DNA from: Anolis carolinensis
Lineage: Eukaryota
Reading direction: 5' to 3'
DNA length: 64,000 nucleotides
Assembly (NCBI RefSeq): GCF_035594765.1
Contig: NC_085841.1
Span: forward strand, 333,693,402-333,757,401
Positions within the stretch are counted from its first letter, which is position 1. The number at the start of each line of letters is the position of its first letter. The notes beneath the pieces are model-generated. The model was not told where the DNA came from, ran no database searches, and worked only from the letters and a program-made list of their open reading frames with translations. The translations under genes were made by a program, and so were the position numbers. Shown here one piece after another: positions 40,558 through 53,881 of this stretch.

Positions 40558-41529
40558 GACTACAGTATCTATCATCCCCAGCCATGGAGTGGGAACAGAA
40601 TATTTAGTGAAGTAACATGAGGTAAACCACATATTCTCCACCTGAGGATCTTAGATGGAAAAATACTAATAATATTAATGGGAGGAGAAAATAATTCCCC
40701 TAATACTTGTAATGAGCAAATTTTCTGAAGGTATACCAGTGCTTCTCTGCCTACAACACTAACCGCTCAAGAATAGAAAAATCTGTATACTGCAAAAATT
40801 ACATAAACATATTTCATATTTAAAATATCTTAAGCCACTTTTTATAATTAGGCCCTCACTTGGTAGTTTCCATCATAAAACTATTAAACCAAACTAAACC
40901 AAACAAAAAAACAACACTAAAATCTTACAACTACAAAGAAAAAAAGCCCACATGAAAGCAGTTCAAAAGCCAGCAGTAAGAATCAATAATAATAAAATAG
41001 CAGCAGCAAAGCAACAATAGGCAATAAATAGTAACGTCTGATTCAGCACAGCATAATTAAAAAAATAAAATACTTCATCAACAAATCAATTAACAGCATC
41101 AAGGAGAAAAGCAATTTGGAACAAATAGATGCTTAGTTGCTTGGTTGAAGATTTAAAATAATGGAACCATATGTAACTCTGTTGGAATAATGTTTATTTA
41201 ATACATTATACTGTTGGAATATAGAGTTTGCGTATAGATACCATTTGGGAGAGCTCTCCCCCATACAAAAAAAAAAAGATATACAGTTAGAGTGGACATG
41301 ATTGTTAAGTATACTAAGGTAACATAATTAAGAATAAGAAACTTGACTACTTCCTACATAGAAATAATATTTGTATTTTGGTAGTACTTTAGCAATAAGA
41401 GTATTGAAAGCATACATATTTTTTACTTCTGGTCATTGAGAGGAAAAACAACCATTTTAAGATTTTATTTAATTATTTATTTAATTTATATCCCAGTATT
41501 TTCCTTGCACAGAAATCAAGGCAGTTTAC

Positions 41530-42115
41530 ATCCAAATAGTCTGCCAGTCTGATACCAAACATAATTCAAAGTGCTGGCTTTAGCCTATCAAGCCCTAAAC
41601 TGTTCTAATCCAGTTTACCTGTCCAGACATATCTCCCTCTATAAACCATCTGGGGGTTAAGATCATCTAGGGACGCCCTGCTCTCAGCCCCATCTCCTTC
41701 ACAGGTGTGATTGGTGGGGACGAGGGACAGGGTCTTCTCAATGGTAACTCCTTGGCTATGGAACTCCCTCCCCAGCAAAATTAGATCAGCTTCCTCCTTC
41801 CTGGCCTTTAGAAAGAAAGTAAAAACATGGTTGTGGGACCAAGCCTTTGCACAGTAATGCAGTGCAATATGTGAAGATGGAATATGTGCACTTACTGCTG
41901 GAAAGACTCCTGGATTATTATTTCGGATTGTGTGGCTTTTAATCACTGATATTAAAGTTATGTGTTTTAATGTTATGTTGCTAATGTATATATGTATTTT
42001 ATTATGTCTGTTTTATGTGGCATTGAATTATTGCCTATTGTAAGGCCGCTCTGAGTCCCCTTTGAGGTGAGAAGGATGGGATATAAATACAGCAAATAAA
42101 TTAATTAATAAATTA
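41530..42115 (+). mobile_element. L2 LINE 3' fragment with 3' UTR
   Basis: Degenerate 'FKVLALAYQALN...VGTRDRVFS...WNSLP...FRKKVKTWL', then a T-rich UTR and the CTGAGTCCCC...(AAAT)n tail. Confidence 0.85.
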
Positions 42116-42259
42116 AAATCAAGGTGCAATTGAAATGGCTGTTTTACAAAAGATAAAATTAATTAAAGAAATGATTTTAAAACACAACAGTAAACCATAT
42201 GAAAAAAAATACAACATTATATGTATAAGCTCAGCTCCATTGAAAACCCCTTTTATCAA

Positions 42260-43075
42260 ATGAGTTATTAGCAAAAGACCTGCCTAAAAAATGTCTCTGC
42301 TTACTGGCAAAAAGAGAAGGGGAGCAACCAACCCTCCTGTGGGAGGGAGTTCCATAGCCTGGGAGCAGCCAGATCTTAAAATTTACAGGCTTGCATAAGG
42401 GAATGTAGTCTTTCAGAGAATCTGGATCCAATGATACAGGGCTTTAAAAGTCACAACCAGCCCTCTAAATTCTACCCAGAAATGGATGATTAACCAGTTA
42501 ATCTGTTTCAACAAGGGAGTTATGTCTCTTGTAAACTGCTACAGTAAGCAATCTCAATGGAACAATGTTTTGTATCTGTTGACATTTTTTAACAGTTTTC
42601 CAAAGGTAGTACCCATAGAACATATTAATCCAACTGGAATTGAATCAGGGCAAGTTTTACTATGGCTAAATCTGACATCTCAAAGAACAGGTACAGCTGG
42701 CACACTCAGTTGAATTATACAAATAGGCTCCTGGCCACTTCTAAAATCTGGTGATCCAGGCTGAATTGTGAGTCCAGGAATACTTCCAAGCTGCCAACAT
42801 GAGATTTCGGGGACTAAGCACTTTGGCACAGGTTTAATTCCTTTTCTCTGATCTTCTTTCCAATTGACCTAGAGCGTCTCTGTGTTGTCTGGAAGAGGTT
42901 TCAATTTGCCCTCATCTAGTCCATAAATGACTACAGACACTAGTTTAACACCAGGACAGTTTCCTCAGAATTAATGGAAAGGAGAGATAGAGTTGAACAT
43001 CATCTGCATACTGGTGACACTGGATAACATCTATGGATAACATCTCTCTTGGTTTCATGTAACTATCCAGCAAGG
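42260..43075 (-). mobile_element. Old, heavily degenerate L2 ORF2 fragment
   Basis: Minus-strand remnants of 'LWNSLP', 'LVVTFKAL', 'LGSIPGL' and the RT motif 'QYADDVQLYLSF' (GATAGAGTTGAACATCATCTGCATACTG at about 42986-43013). Confidence 0.65.
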
Positions 43076-43719
43076 GGCAAGGGGGAGCGTGCAATGGTTG
43101 TTGGGACCCAATCCTAGATCCGCTATCCCCACTCCCTCAACATAGAGGAAGATCCAAATCCTAGGGCAGAATTCAGACTTCCCCTGTGTTTTTTTTTTAA
43201 CCTGGCGTGCATCCACCTTAAGGATCTCATTACATTGATGAGGTTCCTCATCCTGATTCGCTAAGCCATGGTGAATCAGTGGGGCAGCGGGACAATCCCG
43301 AAGCCCTGCACCCCGCCTCGCCAGCAGCAATGCTTTCCCATCACATTTGGGGAAATGTCACTATGTGGCTTCTCCCTTTGCTAGCGCCGTTGTTCCTAAT
43401 GAAACACAAGAAGGCTCCCATGTTGCCCACGCAGCTTCATATGATTCTTGTGCCCCAGTTGAGCCACAGAGCCCCACTTGAAGTGAGTCTGCATCGTCTG
43501 GTGGGTGGTGTGGGGCTCTGTGGCTCAACTGGGGTGGAAATTTTTAAAACACATGTGTTAAGAAAAGTGCATTTAAGATATCTAGATCAGGAAATGTTCA
43601 TACCCAAATTCCCACAGATAGAAAAAAATTGTTCCTCAACCCACAATACAAAATCTTGGACAAGCCTAAAATTACAACAGGCCCAGATTACAATTCTGGA
43701 TAGAGTGGTTGATAGTGAA

Positions 43720-43886
43720 GGTATTGTTTTAAATGTTTTAATGTGTTTTATAATTCTATTTTAAAATGTTTATTTTAATTGTACATTGTTTTATGTCATT
43801 GAATAGTTGCCTATCTGTAAAGCTGCCTGGAGTCCCTTCTGGGGTAGAGAAAGGCAGGGTGTAAATGTCATAAATAAATAAATAAA
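43720..43886 (+). mobile_element. L2-type 3' UTR/tail
   Basis: T-rich UTR followed by GCTGCCTGGAGTCCCTTCTGGGGTAGAGAAGGCAGGG...(AAAT)n. Confidence 0.7.
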
Positions 43887-45272
43887 ATGCCGCTGGGACT
43901 CTCAGAAACATGATGAAAACAGAACTGACAAGTGTTCACATTCCTAATTCCCAGAATGGTTGCATTTTCAAAATGATAAGATTCAATGCAAAACATACTG
44001 TAAAGCCAATAGGCTACTTAGGAATGAACAGAGAAGAATCGTTGGCTTCAAAATCTGGTTAGATCTGGTTAGCTTCTTCTTTTTCTTTAAGTCATGCCTG
44101 CTTTGGCTTGCTATTTATACCCTGCAGTGAAATGATCTGGAGTTGCAGGGATTGCCAAAAGACTTCCAACGTGATATATTTTCATTTTGTTTTTGATAAC
44201 GCTCACTGAGAGGTGGGGAATGTATGCCTTGCTTTTCTTGGCTCATGTTTGGAGGAAAATGTAGAAATTAGGAACACTTCCCAGCTGTTATGACAGTCCT
44301 ATTTCTTGAAACCATCTAATTAACACCTTGGGTTTTCTTTGGTGCGAAACAGTACTGTGTAGGTAATAGAAAGAGGGAGGGAGGAGAAAAGAAATTCCTT
44401 CCACATTCTTTGTCTGTGATCTGTCACTAAAATGGGAACTACATCTGTCACTGCAAGCTTTTGGATTTGGTACAAGTTGCTTGATAAGAACTGATTGACA
44501 GCTGGAACCATCAAAATTGTACGCTGAGTGTATTTACCCTCTTTTATGCATAGTTCCTTACTAAAGAAAGTAGTAACTTCAGAAATAAGATTTATATGGA
44601 TTCAATCAAAAGAGGAATGCTTATGAAGTGACAAATGTAGTTCTTCCAAGTTCAGCTGAAGTCTCTCAAGAAGGCTGAAGTCTTCTTAAGAGAGGCAGGT
44701 AACTAAAATACAGTTAGGAGCATATTTGAAGAAAAAAAGGTTGTGTGAAGAGGTATTGGTCCAGAAGCATTGACTAAATATATGACAACCTTCCTATTTT
44801 CACCATTTCAAAAAAGACGTCCTTATAGTGGTCAGGACTATTTCTGGGTGTACATGCAAGCTATTTAAACTACAGTGTATGGTCCTGGATATCTGTGTGT
44901 CAATCCATCCATCCATCCATCCAAAATATATTCTAAAAAACCATGGTGTACATAAGCCAAAAGTAAATTTTAGATGTTTCATAATTGTTAGGGTAACACC
45001 CATTTTCAGTAACGCTACTGCTATAAGTGCTTTTAGTATTGGTACAATTTCAAATCTCTACATGTCTCACTGGCCAGGAAATCTTCATGGGTCAATAATT
45101 AAAGGCACAGGCTAAAGTGCACCACACCAGGATGAAAACACTAGATCTTATGTCCATCTGCTGTGTTGTATTTCTATCCCACTCTGCAGGACAGGGTAGG
45201 AATAGAAAAAGGAGCAGTAATGGTAAATACTAGAAAGATGGAGTAGTAGTAGTAGTAGTAGTAGTAACAACA

Positions 45273-45725
45273 ATTTATTTATATTCCGCCCTATCTCCCC
45301 AAGGGGACTCAGGGCAGATCACAGTACACACACGGCAAATATTCAGTGCTGTTTGGACAGACAAGACAGAACAGAACAGAACAGACAGTAGGAGGTATGT
45401 TGTCTCAAAGTCCAGTTTCAATACCTTGGAGGTTGAGTTCGGATTCAGTAACGGGGGTGCTGTTGCTCCATTCTCTATGATGAAGAGTCATCAGGACTTC
45501 CGCCTTCCACCTTCCTTTTGGTCTTGTTCTTTTTTATGTTGTCATAAAATACCTCCCCCGCTAATTAGCAGTACCTAATTTTTCTACTTTCAGCTCGAAG
45601 CTGTTTTCGAACTGCTTAAGTAAACAGTGAGCTGGGCTTGATGGTTGAGTGCTCACCCTGACCAGGCTTCGAATGGGCCACCTTTCACTTGGTAGATCTT
45701 ATTACTGCTGGTCATTTACCAGCCA
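45273..45725 (-). mobile_element. SINE with a Sauria-like head/body and an L2-derived tail (Anolis SINE2-like)
   Basis: The minus strand has AAGCAGTTCGAAAAC...AGGTACTGCT..GCGGGGGAGGTA, shared with the Sauria SINE body, and ends in the L2 tail CTGAGTCCCC...GGGCGGAATATAAATAAAT. Confidence 0.7.
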
Positions 45726-46475
45726 AGCAACATCAGAAGGTGGTCAAGATGGTAAAAGTTATTAATGAGGAAGAACAAATGAACTAGGAGAGTCTGCAGC
45801 AATGTGCTTTAGCTGGAGCCTGCTGGGACAGGGACAATTCCCGCTCCTCCTCTCCACTAACGCCCTCCTGATGAATTGAAACCACTTGGGCACTTTAGGT
45901 TCAGTTTGCAGTAACTGATGTAAGCTAGGGACAAGAAGGGAAAGTAGGAGGAAGAGGGAAAAACTGGTACATTTTTAAATAGTTGGAGAAATGAGACAAC
46001 AGAGGATTAACTGGGACTGTCCCTACCAAATCAGGACACTTTTCGTTTTCTAATAAGATCTTTCTAGGGTATACACACTGCATTAAAATGTAAAATACAA
46101 ACCATAAAGCAATCAGTAAAGAAAGTGGTCAATAAAGCCATAATGAAACCACCTGCAAATGAGACCAAACTTAAACAAGCATCAAATTAATATTCCGCTA
46201 AATTCAAAAGAGTAAAAAAAAAAATCTTAAAATATTTGTGAAAATAAAAAGGGTATCACATAGTAAAAATTGGAAGAATTGTAAATCTAGATTCTAAGGA
46301 AGCAGATACATTTAAGTGCGGCATTTGATACTTTTTCATTTCAGTGGCTAGCCTTACCATTTTGAGAACACCATTAAAGGATAGCACACTGACAATTATT
46401 CAAGATATTTTTCAAAATCTCTTCATGGATATTCTCAATTGGGAATAGTAATGAGGAAACCCTTTTAAGCTAAAG

Positions 46476-46617
46476 GGCCAAATTTGTGAGAGTTGTAGTT
46501 TTTACAAGGTTTGTGCCAAATACTGTCTCAACAAACAACTCCCATGACTCCATGGCATTGAGTCTTGACAGTTAAAGTGATGTCAAACTGCATTAATTAT
46601 ACAGTGTAGATGCACCC
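46476..46617. mobile_element. Partial Harbinger-like MITE (…CAGTGTAGATGCACCC terminus family)
   Basis: Shares GCAGTTAAAGTG.TGTCAAACTGCATTAAT..CAGTGTAGATGCACCC with 47401-47630 and 52030-52173. Confidence 0.65.
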
Positions 46618-47400
46618 TGCATAGTGTAAAAGAGCCTTGGAAAGAGCCATTCAACATTAAGAAAGCTTACTCAAGCAATCTGTTGTGAGCTGTCTATATA
46701 TGCTGAACCAGAAAAATTGCAGGTCTGACTGTTTTGCCCTTGCATATGCATATCATGCCTCATAATCCTGTGGCAGTGGCACATTTGATTTTTTTAAAAG
46801 ATGAAATTTAACTTGTCACAGTATTTATTCCCTTTCCTGAAAGGTGACCTCTGATGAGAGCAGAAGGACGTGGGTGATTTTAATCTACAGTAACAATGAT
46901 GAACCAGTCCTGATCAACTTCAGCAGTATAAATACATAAAATGACAGATTATTCTGCTGCTACTCCCTCCCCTTTTGCCCAGGCACACACCTACATACAC
47001 CATAATGCACAGCGAACCTCCCATTGTGCTTTATCTCTCCGCCGCTGCCCCAGTGATTAATGCTGCAGTTCCTGGGAGACTGGAAAATGAGAGGAGACAG
47101 AGAGGGAGGGAGAAGTGATATGTATTTCTTCTGCAGTCTATCATTATCATTATTCCTTTATAATAGTTTTCTTCTTCTCCCCTGTTAAAAGAGCTTAATA
47201 TACAAGAGGAACAGGGGACATGACAGGTGAGAAGAGAGTTGTTGGCAGGTGGATGGATGGGCAAAAGCAAGGACAAAGATAGGAAAGTACAGCTAGACGG
47301 AGCTAGCATTTCTGGGAAGGTTGTCAGGTAGTTCTGTGTTAGCATTCAGAAAAACAAAACACATTTTTCCAAGGCTTTGGAATAACCCCCATACCACTCA

Positions 47401-47632
47401 GGGTGCATTTACACTTATCACTCAGGATGCATATATACTTTAGAATTAATACAGTTTGACATTATTTTAATTGCCATGGTTTAATGCTATGGAATCCTGG
47501 TATTTGTAGTTTATGATGTGTTTAGCCATCTCTGCCAAAGACTGCTGGTGCCTCCTCAAAGTACAACTCCCATGATTAGATAGCAGTTAAGATAGTGTAA
47601 AGCTGTATGAGTTCTACAGTGTAAATGCATTT
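47401..47632. mobile_element. Degenerate palindromic Harbinger-like MITE
   Basis: GGGTGCATTTACAC start (locally duplicated) and CAGTGTAAATGCA end, with inverted arms. Confidence 0.65.
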
Positions 47633-50600
47633 TCAGTTAATTGGTAAATTGTTTCAAGATTCTGGTGCACTCCATTCAAATCAACTGAGCCCCACATTAA
47701 TGTAAGAAGTTCTTTTACTTTATTACAGTTAGCAGTGGGTATGGGGAAATAAATCCTTTACTTTTTGTCTTTACATTTGAGGCTAACTAATTATGGTAGC
47801 TTTCACCCCGCAATGGGAGGAAATAAATATTCTTTCAAAATATTTATTTTCCCTTATTCACACTGTTCAAGCTGGTTCTGCAGGAATTATTCTGTGGAGA
47901 AAGCAGGTGTGTCTGCAAGATGTATGTGTACAGGGAAATCTTTTTTTTCCCCTTTGGGGGAAAATTCCAGTATGAGAAACAGGGTTTTCTGAACCGAAAA
48001 TAAAAAATTATTTTGCACAAAACACATTTTTCTAGGCAGAAATTTCTCTGCAACACATTAGGACATTCAAATCCCCCCCCCCAAGGGGGGCACTGTACAT
48101 GATTCCCATGCATTATTATAGCACCTAACAAGATGACTCAATCATCTGAAACCCATTTTTCAATCTGGAAATAAATAATGATTTTCCCCCCATATTCAAC
48201 TGGGAGTGAATTTTGCATTTAATCCATGCAGTACTGGAGTGGGTGCATTGAAAAGATTAATTCAGCTAGTTTTAAATGCCTCGGTCTAAATTAATAGTAA
48301 ATCTTATTAGACAAGGAGTATGTATTTCTGGCGATGCTCTCTGTATTATCCAAGCTTTTATTGGATAACTACATTCACAAAAGTTATTTGGTTAACTGAT
48401 TGGTTGATTATGTGTATGGCTATCAGCTGTCCTGTTCCTTCTACTTGGGAATTAATTTTCATCAACTTTTCTTGATTCATACAATGTATAAAAAGGCAAT
48501 TGAAAGGTTGGGAAAGTAACTTACTTGTTTTATCTGCTAAACACATCTTTCTCTTACTGAATAGATACTGAATGCACCTCAGTGGTCTCCCATCCCATCC
48601 CTGCTCAGCATCAGGAAATATTAATTGCTCCTTGGCTAACCACAGGATTGCACAATCTGATCAGATTTATCATTTTGACTGGACTAAAAACTAAGAAAGC
48701 AAAGACTAGATAGACTTCTGTTCTTCCAGAAACAAGTCAGAAATAAAAATGATTCAAGGGTGTAGATTTTTGTTTAACTCATTACAACAAGGGAGAGTAA
48801 TAGTCCAGCCTTCCTATTTTTCTGATTTTGTCAAGCTTGGTCATTTTGAATTTTGGACAGCACGTTACTGCTATTCAAGACCATTTAATGGTTGTCATTG
48901 CTTGAAGGTCATTTCCCTTGAGAACCAAGGTTACTTTTCTGCCCATTGAATGCTGTTGTTCCTCCACTTTGGTATTTTGAATGACACCTCTTTTGTGATG
49001 GCACCAAAAGGTGGCTTTGATTCAGCACTGTCATTCTTCATTGCCTCAAAGCTATTAGAGATGTGGGAGAATATGTGACATGGTATTTTTACCTCTATAG
49101 CCTCATTTTTACTGAAGGCTCCAGATATGGGGTGATATAAATCATTGTATAACAATGCAAGGAAGTAGAATTTCCATGTTTAAAAACAATCTGTCAGTGC
49201 ATTGGCCTCTTAAGCTCTCTTGTCCAAGTATTCATAGCAGATGTCCAATTTTTTTAGTTTCAATTTCATTGACTTTTTTGAAATTCCTACCCACATTTTC
49301 TTCCTATTTTAATTTCATATCTTCTCTACATGAAATTCATTAATTTAAATAACATTTCCCTACAATTAGAATATTTTTTGTTTGTTTTTGAGAGCCTCCA
49401 AGTCATTTCTGTACTAAGGTGGCCCTGTTACATTATTTTCTTGGCCAGATTTGTTCCAGAAAGTTTTGCTGAGTATATTCCTGCATTTTTCTTGGTTTTG
49501 AATTGTTTGCAAAACACTTTTGGCAGAATTCTATTTGCATTGTACAAAATGCTTTTCCATATTTTTGTCTGATGCAAAACACCCACATTCTGGAAATGAA
49601 GGCTATGGAAGTGAAGTCATGTATCATGCTATTGTGCATGCAGATATACACTAATCTATACATTTGGATGTGTGTATAGTTGTAAAATGCCAATGTGCAA
49701 AAGTTGGTAGGGTCTAACAACCTAATGTAGATATTGACCATTATGTCTTACTTATGTCCTATAAGGGATACATTTTCTCATTACGAATTTCAGAAGATGT
49801 GATAATGCTTTTGATCCCTAATATATGAGAAGATGACATCTATTGATTGTGAACATTGGAATGGGATCTACCGAATGCCATGATGTAAGTCTGCCTAAGT
49901 AGTAGGCCTACCAAACAGAAAATGCAGTTATCCAATTGAGAGATTACCATTTTAAATCTCCAAATATAGCAAAAATTTGGGTCATTCAGAGAAATTTTAA
50001 ATGGAGACTACCTGTCTCCAAATTGTGCTGTATATCTGCAATTTTACGTTTTTGCAAGATCCCATCTAATGGAGACTGAGAGCTTCTGGCATTATGGGAA
50101 ATTAAAAGCCATGCTTATTAGGTTTCAGTGATACCTATAGAGGAGAATCGACATTGATAGCTTGAAGGTATTAAGTGATGATTCTAGGACAGACTTTAAA
50201 CACCCATGTTTCCATTGATTATCTATAGCTGTATCACGATTTTTCCCAGGAGTACTCATAATGGCATTTATGGGTTGTTGCATTTTATCAAGACCATCGT
50301 CAGTGTAAGCTTCATAACTGAACATGAATTTTAAGCAATAGTTAAAATATCAATTTTAAATCATTAAGATCCTCTTTAGCCCTATATTTCATTAATTGAA
50401 AGATGCTCGAAACCCTTGTGATTCATTTCTCACGTTTCTAGATTTCTCTGAGGAGTTCAGAGTGCTTGGCCCTTTAGCATCACATTTTATCCTCACAACA
50501 ATGATCTAAGATATATTAAGCTGAGAATTCAAGGGCCTTCACATTTCTACATGAGTGAGCACAGAATTGAAGTCAGGTTTCCCTAGCTGAAGGGGATATT

Positions 50601-52029
50601 AGTACTGCTACAGTATGTTACTTCAAATATCAGAGGAAATATATTTCATAATATCAGTTGTTAGATAATTCCTAGTTGGATGGATACTATTGCTCTCATA
50701 TCCCACTTACTGGTTTCCATTTGGATTTTCTTGACCACTGTAGCAACAGAATGAAGACCTAGATAGGCTTTTGTTGTAATCCAGCTTTTTTCAGAGCTCA
50801 CTCTCACATTTGAATGATCTCTATGGATTTCCGAAACATCTCTAGTATCTAATGTTTGTCCCAAGTGGGAACTGTTTCTGCCATAGAATTTAAGGCATGT
50901 TACTAGATCACCAGATTACTACTTTGTTATTTTTTGTCTGAGATGTCATTATCATTCTCTCTGTAGCTATTACCCCCTTATCTTTCTCCCTATGATACAC
51001 TGGCTCTTTGTATCATTCCCCATCTTTGCTGCTTACACTATGAATTCTGCTCACATCCCTTTTCCATTGCATCCTTCCTCTGTTTATTGTATTTTCTGTA
51101 TCACGCAAGACATTGACACTAATAGGAGAGTCAAAGAATTGTCTTTCCATCTCCAAACAAACTGTTGTTTTTTTTTGGCCTTCTAATTCTAGTTAGATGT
51201 CATTAAGTCATTTTGCTGTTAGAATGTGTCATTTCTTCTTCTTTCTGATGTACCAAAACCAAATGGAGATTTTTACTGTTTTTTTTAAGGAAGGATAATG
51301 AACCTCCACAGTGAAGTTTATCATTAGCTAATGAAAACATTTCAGAAACATTTTACCAAATTTACAAATTGAAAAACTGCCCTGGTGCATTACACCTTAT
51401 TTACATTTGCGTATCAATAGGTTTGTTTTGGTTGGTGATTATCATATGGAATTGTGTTTTGCCCTCCTCCATGTAAAATAGTAGGAAGTGAATTCAGTGT
51501 AAGGGATAACATTTACTTTTTCCACAGTAGGACCTGCAAAGGTTTAAATGTATTATTTTAAGGAAATAGTTTAAGCTATCCTTTCATAAATAATTACCTA
51601 AAATATTTGCTGATTATTGTCTCTCCCTTCCAGTGATCACAAGAGGTACCCACAATAAACACACCTAGGAACAGCCACACATTCTTGCAAACAAACAGAC
51701 AGATAGGAATAGCAGTAGAGAAAACTGAGATCAAGATCATTCCCATTTTGCTATGGGAAAGGAAGAAGTATGCAAACTGTAGGAAGTCTCTGAAGATTGA
51801 TTCCCAAACTTGTAGAAATAATTTTTGACTATAATTTCCACTTATTTTTGCCTACTGGCTAGGAGATTCTGGGAACTGAAATTTTAAAAAGTAATTTTCC
51901 CCAGACCTGATTACTCCAGTCCATTGAACTTGTTCATAACTCCTTTCTCTATGTGGGAGTTATCTAAGGATCGGATTACCGACAAGGAGGAAAAATGTCA
52001 CCTTCTTCTTCCTCCTGCTATATAGTCCT

Positions 52030-52173
52030 GCTACTATCTTTGCCGAGAGTGGACCAGCAGTCTTTGGCAGAGGAAAAAAGACCTTGTGAAACTATATTTC
52101 CTATGATTCCATAGCACTGAGGCATGGTAGTTGTGCTGTCAAACTACATTGATTCTACAGTGTAGATGCACCC
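52030..52173. mobile_element. Partial Harbinger-like MITE of the same family
   Basis: Ends in TGTCAAACTACATTGATTCTACAGTGTAGATGCACCC. Confidence 0.6.
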
Positions 52174-53881
52174 TGAATCTTTCCTAACCAGCTGATCAAG
52201 CCCAGCAAATTGTTCCAGAAATATTAATGAAAGCCTTCCTCTAAGATAGAAAGGCAAGTCAGAAAAGTACCCATCTTGAAAATCTGTCCAGCAAATGGCA
52301 GCTTTTGGTGACCTGTGAGTTTAGGACAATGTGTCTCTTTTTCCTTTCCTTAATACAGAGGAATCAATGCTTAATAGCAGAGGAGAGTCAGTTTAAACTA
52401 AAGCAGATGACATGCTGTGCATGTTCTATTCTGAGCTATGTAAAAATAACTCCTCTTTTGAGGAGACAGTCTGAGCATTTCTTCTGCAATGTGTTCCTCT
52501 ATAGGCCTGCCACCAACCTAACTCAAGCCTGGCTCAGGTTACCTCCAATGGACATCTGGTTGCAGCTAAAGTAAGAATGAGCAGTGCCGCTGTGGTTTGT
52601 GGGGAACAGCTGGGTGCTGCTTCTACGCCAGGGCTTTACCCAGAAGGGGAAAAATGATTCCACTGCAGAATGCTCATCTGATTCTTCTCTACGACTAGAG
52701 GCACACAAAAAAGAGCAGAGCAGCTGTCACACAGTTTTACAATGGCCAATTCCAGCGCTTGAGCTTTGCAGAAAGAAACAGTTTATGAGTGTTTGATGTA
52801 AAGTTTCTGCAGGGGTTTTGCATCATCCCATTCTGCATAGTCAGATGGAAAAGAAAATTGGCAGAGAGACTTCAGGGAGGGTAGAAGAGGTCAGGTGGCA
52901 AAAAGAGCATGCCTTTGTGGCTTTTATGAAAGCAAATGAATGTTACCTCTTGGTTCCACGGGGTGCTTTAGTGTAAACCAGTGACAATAGCAGTGAACTT
53001 TTATCATTTAACCTTACTCGTCACATGTACATGTATACAGTCACTGTACCAAACACATTGTAAGGAAGCAAATTCTAGTGAAGTCGATTTAACTGAACCA
53101 AGAGTGGATCCACTACAGATGTAATTTCGTTCTCACAGGTCTAAATTTAAAAAAAACTGGTTTCTTCCTGCTCAATTTTTTTTCAAAAACTGTAGAAGAA
53201 TTGTTCTTGTAGTGAGAAGAAACATTGCTTTACAGTTTTTAAATGGTCCCTCTCTTTCCTTAGACTTAATGTTTTCCTGTATCTTGCATTGGCCCGGGGG
53301 GGGGGGGGGAGGAGGGCAGCCAATGGTCATTCAGCTCTGTTCCGATAGCCAGATGCATGATGGTGTACACCTCCTGGGACTTCCAGAGGATCCCTGGGAG
53401 GTCCTGGAGGATGGCTGCACCATTGAGGCTTTTCTTCAGTATAGTTGATCCATTCCAGTAGCACATGTCACACCCACATTTTTTATGCCTATAAACCTTG
53501 TTCATCAACCATGTTCCACTGCAGATATGAGTATCCAAATATAAACAATATACATTTTTAAAAAAAGTTTGGGAATATTTATATGCTTTTACTTCATTCC
53601 AGATAATTCTCCTGGTATACTACATTTCTTTCCATTGAGACTGCCATGAGCCTGAAAGCATGGGAAGTGGCAGTTCCTCTTCCACACAGTTCCACAGTCT
53701 TAGGATTGCTCTATAAATAAATTCAATCTGAAAGTGTATTGTTGTTTAATAGATATACAATGAGCATGGATTTAGTTTAATTGATTTTTAACCAGGAAAG
53801 GAAAAAGTTGGAGTAATGATGAGGGGGGGGGGGGGTGATAGTAATAGTAACAACAATAACAATAACAATAACAACAACATT

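Noticed and set aside
52655-52700. 'STAECSSD' in ORF 52584-52796, resembling the next neurexin exon motif (SAECSSDDED)
   Set aside because: The flanking residues do not match, the acidic stretch and second Cys are missing, and there are no suitable splice sites. The true exon probably lies beyond the window.
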